Origin: Auanema rhodensis
Taxonomy: Eukaryota > Animalia > Nematoda
DNA: 64,000 nucleotides
Assembly (NCBI GenBank): GCA_964057225.1
Contig: CAXKVF010000090.1
Span: forward strand, 62,001-126,000
Direction of reading: 5' to 3'
This document shows positions 38,701 through 52,900 of the stretch, piece by piece (position 1 is the stretch's first letter; every line of letters starts with the position of its first letter). The translations under genes and the position numbers were made by a program. The notes beneath the pieces were generated by a model. That model was given only the letters and a program-made list of their open reading frames with translations, had not been told where the DNA came from and ran no database searches.

Positions 38701-41700
38701 CGGTTTCCAAAATTAGATTCCCCATGTCCATATTAGTCTAAAAACAAATTTTTATTGATATTGGTTCATGGTAACCATGACTTTGAAATTTACGTGAACT
38801 TTAATTTATGCTAATTAAATGTACACGTGATGTGCACTTGGTATGTAACTCGCTTCACGTGAAAGATAAAGAGATGCGGTTTTCAAAATTAGATTACCCA
38901 TGTCCATATTAGTCTAAAAACAAATTTTTATTGATATTGGTTCATGGTAACCATGACTTTGAAATTTACGTGAACTTTAATTTATGCTAATTAAATGTAC
39001 ACGTGATGTGCACTTGGTATGTAACTCGCTTCACGTGAAAGATAAAGAGATGCGGTTTTCAAAATTAGATTACCCATGTCCATATTAGTCTAAAAACAAA
39101 TTTTTATTGATATTGGTTCATGGTAACCATGACTTTGAAATTTACGTGAACTTTAATTTATGCTAATTAAATGTACACGTGATGTGCACTTGGTATGTAA
39201 CTCGCTTCACGTGAAAGATAAAGAGATGCGGTTTTCAAAATTAGATTCCCCATGTCCATATTAGTCTAAAAACAAATTTTTATTGATATTGGTTCATGGT
39301 AACCATGACTTTGAAATTTACGTGAACTTTAATTTATGCTAATTAAATGTACACGTGATGTGCACTTGGTATGTAACTCGCTTCACGTGAAAGATAAAGA
39401 GATGCGGTTTTCAAAATTAGATTCCCCATGTCCATATCAGTCTAAAAACAAAGTTTTATTGATATTGGTTCATGGTAACCATGACTTTGAAATTTACGTG
39501 AACTTTAATTTATGCTAATTAAATGTACACGTGATGTGCACTTGGTATGTAACTCGCTTCACGTGAAAGATAAAGAGATGCGGTTTTCAAAATTAGATTC
39601 TCCATGTCCATATTAGTCTAAAAACAAATTTTTATTGATATTGCTTCATGGTAACCATGACTTTGAAATTTACGTGAACTTTAATTTATGCTAATTAAAT
39701 GTACACGTGATGTGCACTTGGTATGTAACTCGCTTCACGTGAAAGATAAAGAGATGCGGTTTTCAAAATTAGATTCCCCATGTCCATATTAGTCTAAAAA
39801 CAAATTTTTATTGATATTGGTTCATGGTAACCATGACTTTGAAATTTACGTGAACTTTAATTTATGCTAATTAAATGTACACGTGATGTGCACTTGGTAT
39901 GTAACTTGCTTCACGTGAAAGATAAAGAGATGCGGTTTTCAAAATTAGATTCCCCATGTCCATATTAGTCTAAAAACAAAGTTTTATTGATATTGGTTCA
40001 TGGTAACCATGACTTTGAAATTTACGTGAACTTTAATTTATGCTAATTAAATGTACACGTGATGTGCACTTGGTATGTAACTCGCTTCACGTGAAAAATA
40101 AAGAGATGCGGTTTTCAAAATTAGATTCCCCATGTCCATATTAGTCTAAAAACAAATTTTTATTGATATTGCTTCATGGTAACCATGACTTTGAAATTTA
40201 CGTGAACTTTAATTTATGCTAATTAAATGTACACGTGATGTGCACTTGGTATGTAACTCGCTTCACGTGAAAGATAAAGAGATGCGGTTTTCAAAATTAG
40301 ATTCCCCATCTCCATATTAGTCTAAAAACAAATTTTTATTGATATTGGTTCATGGTAACCATGACTTTGAAATTTACGTGAACTTTAATTTATGCTAATT
40401 AAATGTACACGTGATGTGCACTTGGTATGTAACTCGCTTCACGTGAAAGATAAAGAGATGCGGTTTTCAAAATTAGATTCCCCATGTCCATATTAGTCTA
40501 AAAACAAATTTTTATTGATATTGGTTCATGGTAACCATGACTTTGAAATTTACGTGAACTTTAATTTATGCTTATTAAGTGTACACATGATGTGCACTTG
40601 GTATGTAACTCGCTTCACGTGAAAGATAAAGAGATGCGGTTTTCAAAATTAGATTCCCCATGTCCATATTAGTCTAAAAACAAATTTTTATTGATATTGC
40701 TTCATGGTAACCATGACTTTGAAATTTACGTGAACTTTAATTTATGCTAATTAAATGTACACGTGATGTGCACTTGGTATGTAACTCGCTTCACGTGAAA
40801 GATAAAGAGATGCGGTTTTCAAAATTAGATTCCCCATGTCCATATTAGTCTAAAAACAAATTTTTGTTGATATTGGTGGATGGTAACCATGACTTTGTAA
40901 TTTACGTGAACTTTAATTTATGCTTATTAAGTGTACACATGATGTGCACTTGGTATGTAACTCGCTTCACGTGAAAGATAAAGAGATGCGGTTTTCAAAA
41001 TTAGATTCCCCATGTCCATATTAGTCTAAAAACAAATTTTTATTGATATTGCTTCATGGTAACCATGACTTTGAAATTTACGTGAACTTTAATTTATGCT
41101 AATTAAATGTACACGTGATGTGCACTTGGTATGTAACTCGCTTCACGTGAAAGATAAAGAGATGCGGTTTTCAAAATTAGATTCCCCATGTCCATATTAG
41201 TCTAAAAACAAATTTTTATTGATATTGCTTCATGGTAACCATGACTTTGAAATTTACGTGAACTTTAATTTATGCTAATTAAATGTACACGTGATGTGCA
41301 CTTGGTATGTAACTCGCTTCACGTGAAAGATAAAAAGATGCGGTTTTCAAAATTAGATTCCCCATGTCCATATTAGTCTAAAAACAAATTTTTATTGATA
41401 TTGCTTCATGGTAACCATGACTTTGAAATTTACGTGAACTTTAATTTATGCTAATTAAATGTACACGTGATGTGCACTTGGTATGTAACTCGCTTCACGT
41501 GAAAGATAAAGAGATGCGGTTTTCAAAATTAGATTCCCCATGTCCATATTAGTCTAAAAACAAATTTTTATTGATATTGCTTCATGGTAACCATGACTTT
41601 GAAATTTACGTGAACTTTAATTTATGCTAATTAAATGTACACGTGATGTGCACTTGGTATGTAACTCGCTTCACGTGAAAGATAAAGAGATGCGGTTTTC

Positions 41701-43120
41701 AAAATTAGATTCCCCATGTCCATATTAGTCTAAAAACAAATTTTTATTGATATTGGTGCATGGTAACCATGACTTTGAAATTTACGTGAACTTTAATTTA
41801 TGCTAATTAAATGTACACGTGATGTGCACTTGGTATGTAACTCGCTTCACGTGAAAGATAAAGAGATGCGGTTTTCAAAATTAGATTCCCCATGTCCATA
41901 TTAGTCTAAAAACAAATTTTTATTGAAATTGCTTCATGGTAACCATGACTTTGAAATTTACGTGAACTTTAATTTATGCTAATTAAATGTACACGTGATG
42001 TGCACTTGGTATGTAACTCGCTTCACGTGAAAGATAAAGAGATGCGGTTTTCAAAATTAGATTCCCCATGTCCATATTAGTCTAAAAACAAATTTTTATT
42101 GATATTGGTTCATGGTAACCATGACTTTGAAATTTACGTGAACTTTAATTTATGCTAATTAAATGTACACGTGATGTGCACTTGGTATGTAACTCGCTTC
42201 ACGTGAAAGATAAAGAGATGCGGTTTTCAAAATTAGATTCCCCATGTCCATATTAGTCTAAAAACAAATTTTTATTGATATTGGTTCATGGTAACCATGA
42301 CTTTGAAATTTACGTGAACTTTAATTTATGCTAATTAAATGTACACGTGATGTGCACTTGGTATGTAACTCGCTTCACGTGAAAGATAAAGAGATGCGGT
42401 TTTCAAAATTAGATTCCCCATGTCCATATTAGTCTAAAAACAAATTTTTATTGATATTGGTGCATGGTAACCATGACTTTGAAATTTACGTGAACTTTAA
42501 TTTATGCTTATTAAATGTACACGTGATGTGCACTTGGTATGTAACTCGCTTCACGTGAAAGATAAAGAAATGCGGTTTTCAAAATTAGATTCCCCATGTC
42601 CATATTAGTCTAAAAACAAATTTTTATTGATATTGGTTCATGGTAACCATGACTTTGAAATTTACGTGAACTTTAATTTATGCTAATTAAATGTACACGT
42701 GATGTGCACTTGGTATGTAACTCGCTTCACGTGAAAGATAAAGAGATGCGGTTTTCAAAATTAGATTCCCCATGTCCATATTAGTCTAAAAACAAATTTT
42801 TATTGATATTGGTTCATGGTAACCATGACTTTGAAATTTACGTGAACTTTAATTTATGCTAATTAAATGTACACGTGATGTGCACTTGGTATGTAACTCG
42901 CTTCACGTGAAAGATAAAGAGATGCGGTTTTCAAAATTAGATTCCCCATGTCCATATTAGTCTAAAAACAAATTTTTATTGATATTGGTGCATGGTAACC
43001 ATGACTTTGAAATTTACGTGAACTTTAATTTATGCTAATTAAATGTACACGTGATGTGCACTTGGTATGTAACTCGCTTCACGTGAAAGATAAAGAGATG
43101 CGGTTTTCAAAATTAGATTC

Positions 43121-46100
43121 CCCATGTCCATATTAGTCTAAAAACAAATTTTTATTGATATTGGTGCATGGTAACCATGACTTTGAAATTTACGTGAACT
43201 TTAATTTATGCTAATTAAATGTACACGTGATGTGCACTTGGTATGTAACTCGCTTCACGTGAAAGATAAAGAGATGCGGTTTTTAAAATTAGATTCCCCA
43301 TGTCCATATTAGTCTAAAAACAAATTTTTATTGATATTGCTTCATGGTAACCATGACTTTGAAATTTACGTGAACTTTAATTTATGCTAATTAAATGTAC
43401 ACGTGATGTGCACTTGGTATGTAACTCGCTTCACGTGAAAGATAAAGAGATGCGGTTTTCAAAATTAGATTCCCCATGTCCATATTAGTCTAAAAACAAA
43501 TTTTTATTGATATTGCTTCATGGTAACCATGACTTTGAAATTTACGTGAACTTTAATTTATGCTAATTAAATGTACACGTGATGTGCACTTGGTATGTAA
43601 CTCGCTTCAAGTGAAAGATAAAGAGATGCGGTTTTCAAAATTAGATTCCCCATGTCCATATTAGTCTAAAAACAAATTTTTATTGATATTGCTTCATGGT
43701 AACCATGACTTTGAAATTTACGTGAACTTTAATTTATGCTAATTAAATGTACACGTGATGTGCACTTGGTATGTAACTCGCTTCACGTGAAAGATAAAAA
43801 GATGCGGTTTTCAAAATTAGATTCCCCATGTCCATATTAGTCTAAAAACAAATTTTTATTGATATTGCTTCATGGTAACCATGACTTTGAAATTTACGTG
43901 AACTTTAATTTATGCTAATTAAATGTACACGTGATGTGCACTTGGTATGTAACTCGCTTCACGTGAAAGATAAAGAGATGCGGTTTTCAAAATTAGATTC
44001 CCCATGTCCATATTAGTCTAAAAACAAATTTTTATTGATATTGCTTCATGGTAACCATGACTTTGAAATTTACGTGAACTTTAATTTATGCTAATTAAAA
44101 GTACACGTGATGTGCACTTGGTATGTAACTCGCTTCACGTGAAAGATAAAGAGATGCGGTTTTCAAAATTAGATTCCCCATGTCCATATTAGTCTAAAAA
44201 CAAATTTTTATTGATATTGGTTCATGGTAACCATGACTTTGAAATTTACGTGAACTTTAATTTATGCTAATTAAATGTACACGTGATGTGCACTTGGTAT
44301 GTAACTCGCTTCACGTGAAAGATAAAGAGATGCGGTTTTCAAAATTAGATTCCCCATGTCCATATTAGTCTAAAAACAAATTTTTATTGATATTGGTTCA
44401 TGGTAACCATGACTTTGAAATTTACGTGAACTTTAATTTATGCTAATTAAATGTACACGTGATGTGCACTTGGTATGTAACTCGCTTCACGTGAAAGATA
44501 AAGAGATGCGGTTTTCAAAATTAGATTCCCCATGTCCATATTAGTCTAAAAACAAATTTTTATTGATATTGGTGCATGGTAACCATGACTTTGAAATTTA
44601 CGTGAACTTTAATTTATGCTTATTAAATGTACACGTGATGTGCACTTGGTATGTAACTCGCTTCACGTGAAAGATAAAGAAATGCGGTTTTCAAAATTAG
44701 ATTCCCCATGTCCATATTAGTCTAAAAACAAATTTTTATTGATATTGGTTCATGGTAACCATGACTTTGAAATTTACGTGAACTTTAATTTATGCTAATT
44801 AAATGTACACGTGATGTGCACTTGGTATGTAACTCGCTTCACGTGAAAGATAAAGAGATGCGGTTCTCAAAATTAGATTCCCCATGTCCATATTAGTCTA
44901 AAAACAAATTTTTATTGATATTGCTTCATGGTAACCATGACTTTGAAATTTACGTGAACTTTAATTTATGCTAATTAAATGTACACGTGATGTGCACTTG
45001 GTATGTAACTCGCTTCACGTGAAAGATAAAGAGATGCGGTTTTCAAAATTAGATTCCCCATGTCCATATTAGTCTAAAAACAAATTTTTATTGATATTGG
45101 TGCATGGTAACCATGACTTTGAAATTTACGTGAACTTTAATTTATGCTAATTAAATGTACACGTGATGTGCACTTGGTATGTAACTCGCTTCACGTGAAA
45201 GATAAAGAGATGCGGTTTTCAAAATTAGATTCCCCATGTCCATATTAGTCTAAAAACAAATTTTTATTGAAATTGCTTCATGGTAACCATGACTTTGAAA
45301 CTTACGTGAACTTTAATTTATGCTAATTAAATGTACACGTGATGTGCACTTGGTATGTAACTCGCTTCACGTGAAAGATAAAGAGATGCGGTTTTCAAAA
45401 TTAGATTCCCCATGTCCATATTAGTCTAAAAACAAATTTTTATTGATATTGGTTCATGGTAACCATGACTTTGAAATTTACGTGAACTTTAATTTATGCT
45501 AATTAAATGTACACGTGATGTGCACTTGGTATGTAACTCGCTTCACGTGAAAGATAAAGAGATGCGGTTTTCAAAATTAGATTCCCCATGTCCATATTAG
45601 TCTAAAAACAAATTTTTATTGATATTGGTTCATGGTAACCATGACTTTGAAATTTACGTGAACTTTAATTTATGCTAATTAAATGTACACGTGATGTGCA
45701 CTTGGTATGTAACTCGCTTCACGTGAAAGATAAAGAGATGCGGTTTTCAAAATTAGATTCCCCATGTCCATATTAGTCTAAAAACAAATTTTTATTGATA
45801 TTGGTTCATGGTAACCATGACTTTGAAATTTACGTGAACTTTAATTTATGCTAATTAAATGTACACGTGATGTGCACTTGGTATGTAACTCGCTTCACGT
45901 GAAAGATAAAGAGATGCGGTTTTCAAAATTAGATTCCCCATGTCCATATTAGTCTAAAAACAAATTTTTATTGATATTGGTGCATGGTAACCATGACTTT
46001 GAAATTTACGTGAACTTTAATTTATGCTTATTAAATGTACACGTGATGTGCACTTGGTATGTAACTCGCTTCACGTGAAAGATAAAGAAATGCGGTTTTC

Positions 46101-49100
46101 AAAATTAGATTCCCCATGTCCATATTAGTCTAAAAACAAATTTTTATTGATATTGGTTCATGGTAACCATGACTTTGAAATTTACGTGAACTTTAATTTA
46201 TGCTAATTAAATGTACACGTGATGTGCACTTGGTATGTAACTCGCTTCACGTGAAAGATAAAGAGATGCGGTTCTCAAAATTAGATTCCCCATGTCCATA
46301 TTAGTCTAAAAACAAATTTTTATTGATATTGCTTCATGGTAACCATGACTTTGAAATTTACGTGAACTTTAATTTATGCTAATTAAATGTACACGTGATG
46401 TGCACTTGGTATGTAACTCGCTTCACGTGAAAGATAAAGAGATGCGGTTTTCAAAATTAGATTCCCCATGTCCATATTAGTCTAAAAACAAATTTTTATT
46501 GATATTGGTGCATGGTAACCATGACTTTGAAATTTACGTGAACTTTAATTTATGCTAATTAAATGTACACGTGATGTGCACTTGGTATGTAACTCGCTTC
46601 ACGTGAAAGATAAAGAGATGCGGTTTTCAAAATTAGATTCCCCATGTCCATATTAGTCTAAAAACAAATTTTTATTGAAATTGCTTCATGGTAACCATGA
46701 CTTTGAAACTTACGTGAACTTTAATTTATGCTAATTAAATGTACACGTGATGTGCACTTGGTATGTAACTCGCTTCACGTGAAAGATAAAGAGATGCGGT
46801 TTTCAAAATTAGATTCCCCATGTCCATATTAGTCTAAAAACAAATTTTTATTGATATTGGTTCATGGTAACCATGACTTTGAAATTTACGTGAACTTTAA
46901 TTTATGCTAATTAAATGTACACGTGATGTGCACTTGGTATGTAACTCGCTTCACGTGAAAGATAAAGAGATGCGGTTTTCAAAATTAGATTCCCCATGTC
47001 CATATTAGTCTAAAAACAAATTTTTATTGATATTGGTTCATGGTAACCATGACTTTGAAATTTACGTGAACTTTAATTTATGCTAATTAAATGTACACGT
47101 GATGTGCACTTGGTATGTAACTCGCTTCACGTGAAAGATAAAGAGATGCGGTTTTTAAAATTAGATTCCCCATGTCCATATTAGTCTAAAAACAAATTTT
47201 TATTGATATTGCTTCATGGTAACCATGACTTTGAAATTTACGTGAACTTTAATTTATGCTAATTAAATGTACACGTGATGTGCACTTGGTATGTAACTCG
47301 CTTCACGTGAAAGATAAAGAGATGCGGTTTTCAAAATTAGATTCCCCATGTCCATATTAGTCTAAAAACAAATTTTTATTGATATTGCTTCATGGTAACC
47401 ATGACTTTGAAATTTACGTGAACTTTAATTTATGCTAATTAAATGTACACGTGATGTGCACTTGGTATGTAACTCGCTTCAAGTGAAAGATAAAGAGATG
47501 CGGTTTTCAAAATTAGATTCCCCATGTCCATATTAGTCTAAAAACAAATTTTTATTGATATTGCTTCATGGTAACCATGACTTTGAAATTTACGTGAACT
47601 TTAATTTATGCTAATTAAATGTACACGTGATGTGCACTTGGTATGTAACTCGCTTCACGTGAAAGATAAAAAGATGCGGTTTTCAAAATTAGATTCCCCA
47701 TGTCCATATTAGTCTAAAAACAAATTTTTATTGATATTGCTTCATGGTAACCATGACTTTGAAATTTACGTGAACTTTAATTTATGCTAATTAAATGTAC
47801 ACGTGATGTGCACTTGGTATGTAACTCGCTTCACGTGAAAGATAAAGAGATGCGGTTTTCAAAATTAGATTCCCCATGTCCATATTAGTCTAAAAACAAA
47901 TTTTTATTGATATTGCTTCATGGTAACCATGACTTTGAAATTTACGTGAACTTTAATTTATGCTAATTAAAAGTACACGTGATGTGCACTTGGTATGTAA
48001 CTCGCTTCACGTGAAAGATAAAGAGATGCGGTTTTCAAAATTAGATTCCCCATGTCCATATTAGTCTAAAAACAAATTTTTATTGATATTGGTTCATGGT
48101 AACCATGACTTTGAAATTTACGTGAACTTTAATTTATGCTAATTAAATGTACACGTGATGTGCACTTGGTATGTAACTCGCTTCACGTGAAAGATAAAGA
48201 GATGCGGTTTTCAAAATTAGATTCCCCATGTCCATATTAGTCTAAAAACAAATTTTTATTGATATTGGTTCATGGTAACCATGACTTTGAAATTTACGTG
48301 AACTTTAATTTATGCTAATTAAATGTACACGTGATGTGCACTTGGTATGTAACTCGCTTCACGTGAAAGATAAAGAGATGCGGTTTTCAAAATTAGATTC
48401 CCCATGTCCATATTAGTCTAAAAACAAATTTTTATTGATATTGGTGCATGGTAACCATGACTTTGAAATTTACGTGAACTTTAATTTATGCTTATTAAAT
48501 GTACACGTGATGTGCACTTGGTATGTAACTCGCTTCACGTGAAAGATAAAGAAATGCGGTTTTCAAAATTAGATTCCCCATGTCCATATTAGTCTAAAAA
48601 CAAATTTTTATTGATATTGGTTCATGGTAACCATGACTTTGAAATTTACGTGAACTTTAATTTATGCTAATTAAATGTACACGTGATGTGCACTTGGTAT
48701 GTAACTCGCTTCACGTGAAAGATAAAGAGATGCGGTTCTCAAAATTAGATTCCCCATGTCCATATTAGTCTAAAAACAAATTTTTATTGATATTGCTTCA
48801 TGGTAACCATGACTTTGAAATTTACGTGAACTTTAATTTATGCTAATTAAATGTACACGTGATGTGCACTTGGTATGTAACTCGCTTCACGTGAAAGATA
48901 AAGAGATGCGGTTTTCAAAATTAGATTCCCCATGTCCATATTAGTCTAAAAACAAATTTTTATTGATATTGGTGCATGGTAACCATGACTTTGAAATTTA
49001 CGTGAACTTTAATTTATGCTAATTAAATGTACACGTGATGTGCACTTGGTATGTAACTCGCTTCACGTGAAAGATAAAGAGATGCGGTTTTCAAAATTAG

Positions 49101-49808
49101 ATTCCCCATGTCCATATTAGTCTAAAAACAAATTTTTATTGAAATTGCTTCATGGTAACCATGACTTTGAAACTTACGTGAACTTTAATTTATGCTAATT
49201 AAATGTACACGTGATGTGCACTTGGTATGTAACTCGCTTCACGTGAAAGATAAAGAGATGCGGTTTTCAAAATTAGATTCCCCATGTCCATATTAGTCTA
49301 AAAACAAATTTTTATTGATATTGGTTCATGGTAACCATGACTTTGAAATTTACGTGAACTTTAATTTATGCTAATTAAATGTACACGTGATGTGCACTTG
49401 GTATGTAACTCGCTTCACGTGAAAGATAAAGAGATGCGGTTTTCAAAATTAGATTCCCCATGTCCATATTAGTCTAAAAACAAATTTTTATTGATATTGG
49501 TTCATGGTAACCATGACTTTGAAATTTACGTGAACTTTAATTTATGCTAATTAAATGTACACGTGATGTGCACTTGGTATGTAACTCGCTTCACGTGAAA
49601 GATAAAGAGATGCGGTTTTCAAAATTAGATTCCCCATGTCCATATTAGTCTAAAAACAAATTTTTATTGATATTGGTGCATGGTAACCATGACTTTGAAA
49701 TTTACGTGAACTTTAATTTATGCTTATTAAATGTACACGTGATGTGCACTTGGTATGTAACTCGCTTCACGTGAAAGATAAAGAAATGCGGTTTTCAAAA
49801 TTAGATTC
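43121..49808 (+). repeat. Nested duplication: block repeated at 3872 bp (22 monomers) with an internal 1408-bp (8-monomer) duplication
   Basis: 3872-bp pairs: 43284/47156, 43610/47482, 44100/47972, 44621/48493, 44866/48738, 45301/49173. 1408-bp pairs: 44621/46029, 44866/46274, 45301/46709. Confidence 0.85.
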
Positions 49809-49983
49809 CCCATGTCCATATTAGTCTAAAAACAAATTTTTATTGATATTGGTTCATGGTAACCATGACTTTGAAATTTACGTGAACTTTAATTTATGCT
49901 AATTAAATGTACACGTGATGTGCACTTGGTATGTAACTCGCTTCACGTGAAAGATAAAGAGATGCGATTTCAAAATTAGATTC
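49809..49983 (+). repeat. 175-bp monomer carrying the only net indel seen in the window
   Basis: gatgcggttttcaaaa becomes gatgcgatttcaaaa at ~49967; the array phase shifts by -1 from here to the end. Confidence 0.9.
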
Positions 49984-52900
49984 CCCATGTCCATATTAGT
50001 CTAAAAACAAATTTTTATTGATATTGGTTCATGGTAACCATGACTTTGAAATTTACGTGAACTTTAATATATGCTAATTAAATGTACACGTGATGTGCAC
50101 TTGGTATGTAACTCGCTTCACGTGAAAGATAAAGAGATGCGGTTTTCAAAATTAGATTCCCCTTGTCCATATTAGTCTAAAAACAAATTTTTATTGATAT
50201 TGGTTCATGGTAACCATGACTTTGAAATTTACGTGAACTTTAATTTATGCTAATTAAATGTACACGTGATGTGCACTTGGTATGTAACTCGCTTCACGTG
50301 AAAGATAAAGAGATGCGGTTTTCAAAATTAGATTCCCCATGTCCATATTAGTCTAAAAACAAATTTTTATTGAAATTGCTTCATGGTAACCATGACTTTG
50401 AAATTTACGTGAACTTTAATTTATGCTAATTAAATGTACACGTGATGTGCACTTGGTATGTAACTCGCTTCACGTGAAAGATAAAGAGATGCGGTTTTCA
50501 AAATTAGATTCCCCATGTCCATATTAGTCTAAAAACAAATTTTTATTGATATTGGTTCATGGTAACCATGACTTTGAAATTTACGTGAACTTTAATTTAT
50601 GCTAATTAAATGTACACGTGATGTGCACTTGGTATGTAACTCGCTTCACGTGAAAGATAAAGAGATGCGGTTTTCAAAATTAGATTCCCCATGTCCATAT
50701 TAGTCTAAAAACAAATTTTTATTGATATTGCTTCATGGTAACCATGACTTTGAAATTTACGTGAACTTTAATTTATGCTAATTAAATGTACACGTGATGT
50801 GCACTTGGTATGTAACTCGCTTCACGTGAAAGATAAAGAGATGCGGTTTTCAAAATTAGATTCCCCATGTCCATATTAGTCTAAAAACAAATTTTTATTG
50901 ATATTGGTTCATGGTAACCATGACTTTGAAATTTACGTGAACTTTAATTTATGCTAATTAAATGTACACGTGATGTGCACTTGGTATGTAACTCGCTTCA
51001 CGTGAAAGATAAAGAGATGCGGTTTTCAAAATTAGATTCCCCATGTCCATATTAGTCTAAAAACAAATTTTTATTGATATTGGTGCATGGTAACCATGAC
51101 TTTGAAATTTACGTGAACTTTAATTTATGCTAATTAAATGTACACGTTATGTGCACTTGGTATGTAACTCGCTTCACGTGAAAGATAAAGAGATGCGGTT
51201 TTCAAAATTAGATTCCCCATGTCCATATTAGTCTAAAAACAAATTTTTATTGATATTGGTTCATGGTAACCATGACTTTGAAATTTACGTGAACTTTAAT
51301 TTATGCTAATTAAATGTACACGTGATGTGCACTTGGTATGTAACTCGCTTCACGTGAAAGATAAAGAGATGCGGTTTTCAAAATTAGATTCCCCATGTCC
51401 ATATTAGTCTAAAAACAAATTTTTATTGATATTGCTTCATGGTAACCATGACTTTGAAATTTACGTGAACTTTAATTTATGCTAATTAAATGTACACGTG
51501 ATGTGCACTTGGTATGTAACTCGCTTCACGTGAAAGATAAAGAGATGCGGTTTTCAAAATTAGATTCCCCATGTCCATATTAGTCTAAAAACAAATTTTT
51601 ATTGATATTGGTTCATGGTAACCATGACTTTGAAATTTACGTGAACTTTAATTTATGCTAATTAAATGTACACGTGATGTGCACTTGGTATGTAACTCGC
51701 TTCACGTGAAAGATAAAGAGATGCGGTTTTCAAAATTAGATTCCCCATGTCCATATTAGTCTAAAAACAAATTTTTATTGATATTGGTTCATGGTAACCA
51801 TGACTTTGAAATTTACGTGAACTTTAATTTATGCTAATTAAATGTACACGTGATGTGCACTTGGTATGTAACTCGCTTCACGTGAAAGATAAAGAGATGC
51901 GGTTTTCAAAATTAGATTCCCCATGTCCATATTAGTCTAAAAACAAATTTTTATTGATATTGGTGCATGGTAACCATGACTTTGAAATTTACGTGAACTT
52001 TAATTTATGCTAATTAAATGTACACGTGATGTGCACTTGGTATGCAACTCGCTTCACGTGAAAGATAAAGAAATGCGGTTTTCAAAATTAGATTCCCCAT
52101 GTCCATATTAGTCTAAAAACAAATTTTTATTGATATTGGTGCATGGTAACCATGACTTTGAAATTTACGTGAACTTTAATTTATGCTAATTAAATGTACA
52201 CGTGATGTGCACTTGGTATGTAACTCGCTTCACGTGAAAGATAAAGAAATGCGGTTTTCAAAATTAGATTCCCCATGTCCATATTAGTCTAAAAACAAAT
52301 TTTTATTGATATTGGTTCATGGTAACCATGACTTTGAAATTTACGTGAACTTTAATTTATGCTAATTAAATGTACACGTTATGTGCACTTGGTATGTAAC
52401 TCGCTTCACGTGAAAGATAAAGAGATGCGGTTTTCAAAATTAGATTCCCCATGTCCATATTAGTCTAAAAACAAATTTTTATTGATATTGGTTCATGGTA
52501 ACCATGACTTTGAAATTTACGTGAACTTTAATTTATGCTAATTAAATGTACACGTGATGTGCACTTGGTATGTAACTCGCTTCACGTGAAAGATAAAGAG
52601 ATGCGGTTTTCAAAATTAGATTCCCCATGTCCATATTAGTCTAAAAACAAATTTTTATTGATATTGCTTCATGGTAACCATGACTTTGAAATTTACGTGA
52701 ACTTTAATTTATGCTAATTAAATGTACACGTGATGTGCACTTGGTATGTAACTCGCTTCACGTGAAAGATAAAGAGATGCGGTTTTCAAAATTAGATTCC
52801 TCATGTCCATATTAGTCTAAAAACAAATTTTTATTGATATTGGTTCATGGTAACCATGACTTTGAAATTTACGTGAACTTTAATTTATGCTAATTAAATG

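Noticed and set aside
39336-39518. Second 60-aa ORF
   Set aside because: Same stop-loss SNP (39438) in another monomer; a by-product of satellite variation with no gene context.
27985-49808. A fixed 22-monomer higher-order repeat across the array
   Set aside because: The 3872-bp offset appears in two regions but with different marker SNPs, and the second decomposes into 14+8 monomers; other regions show other periods.
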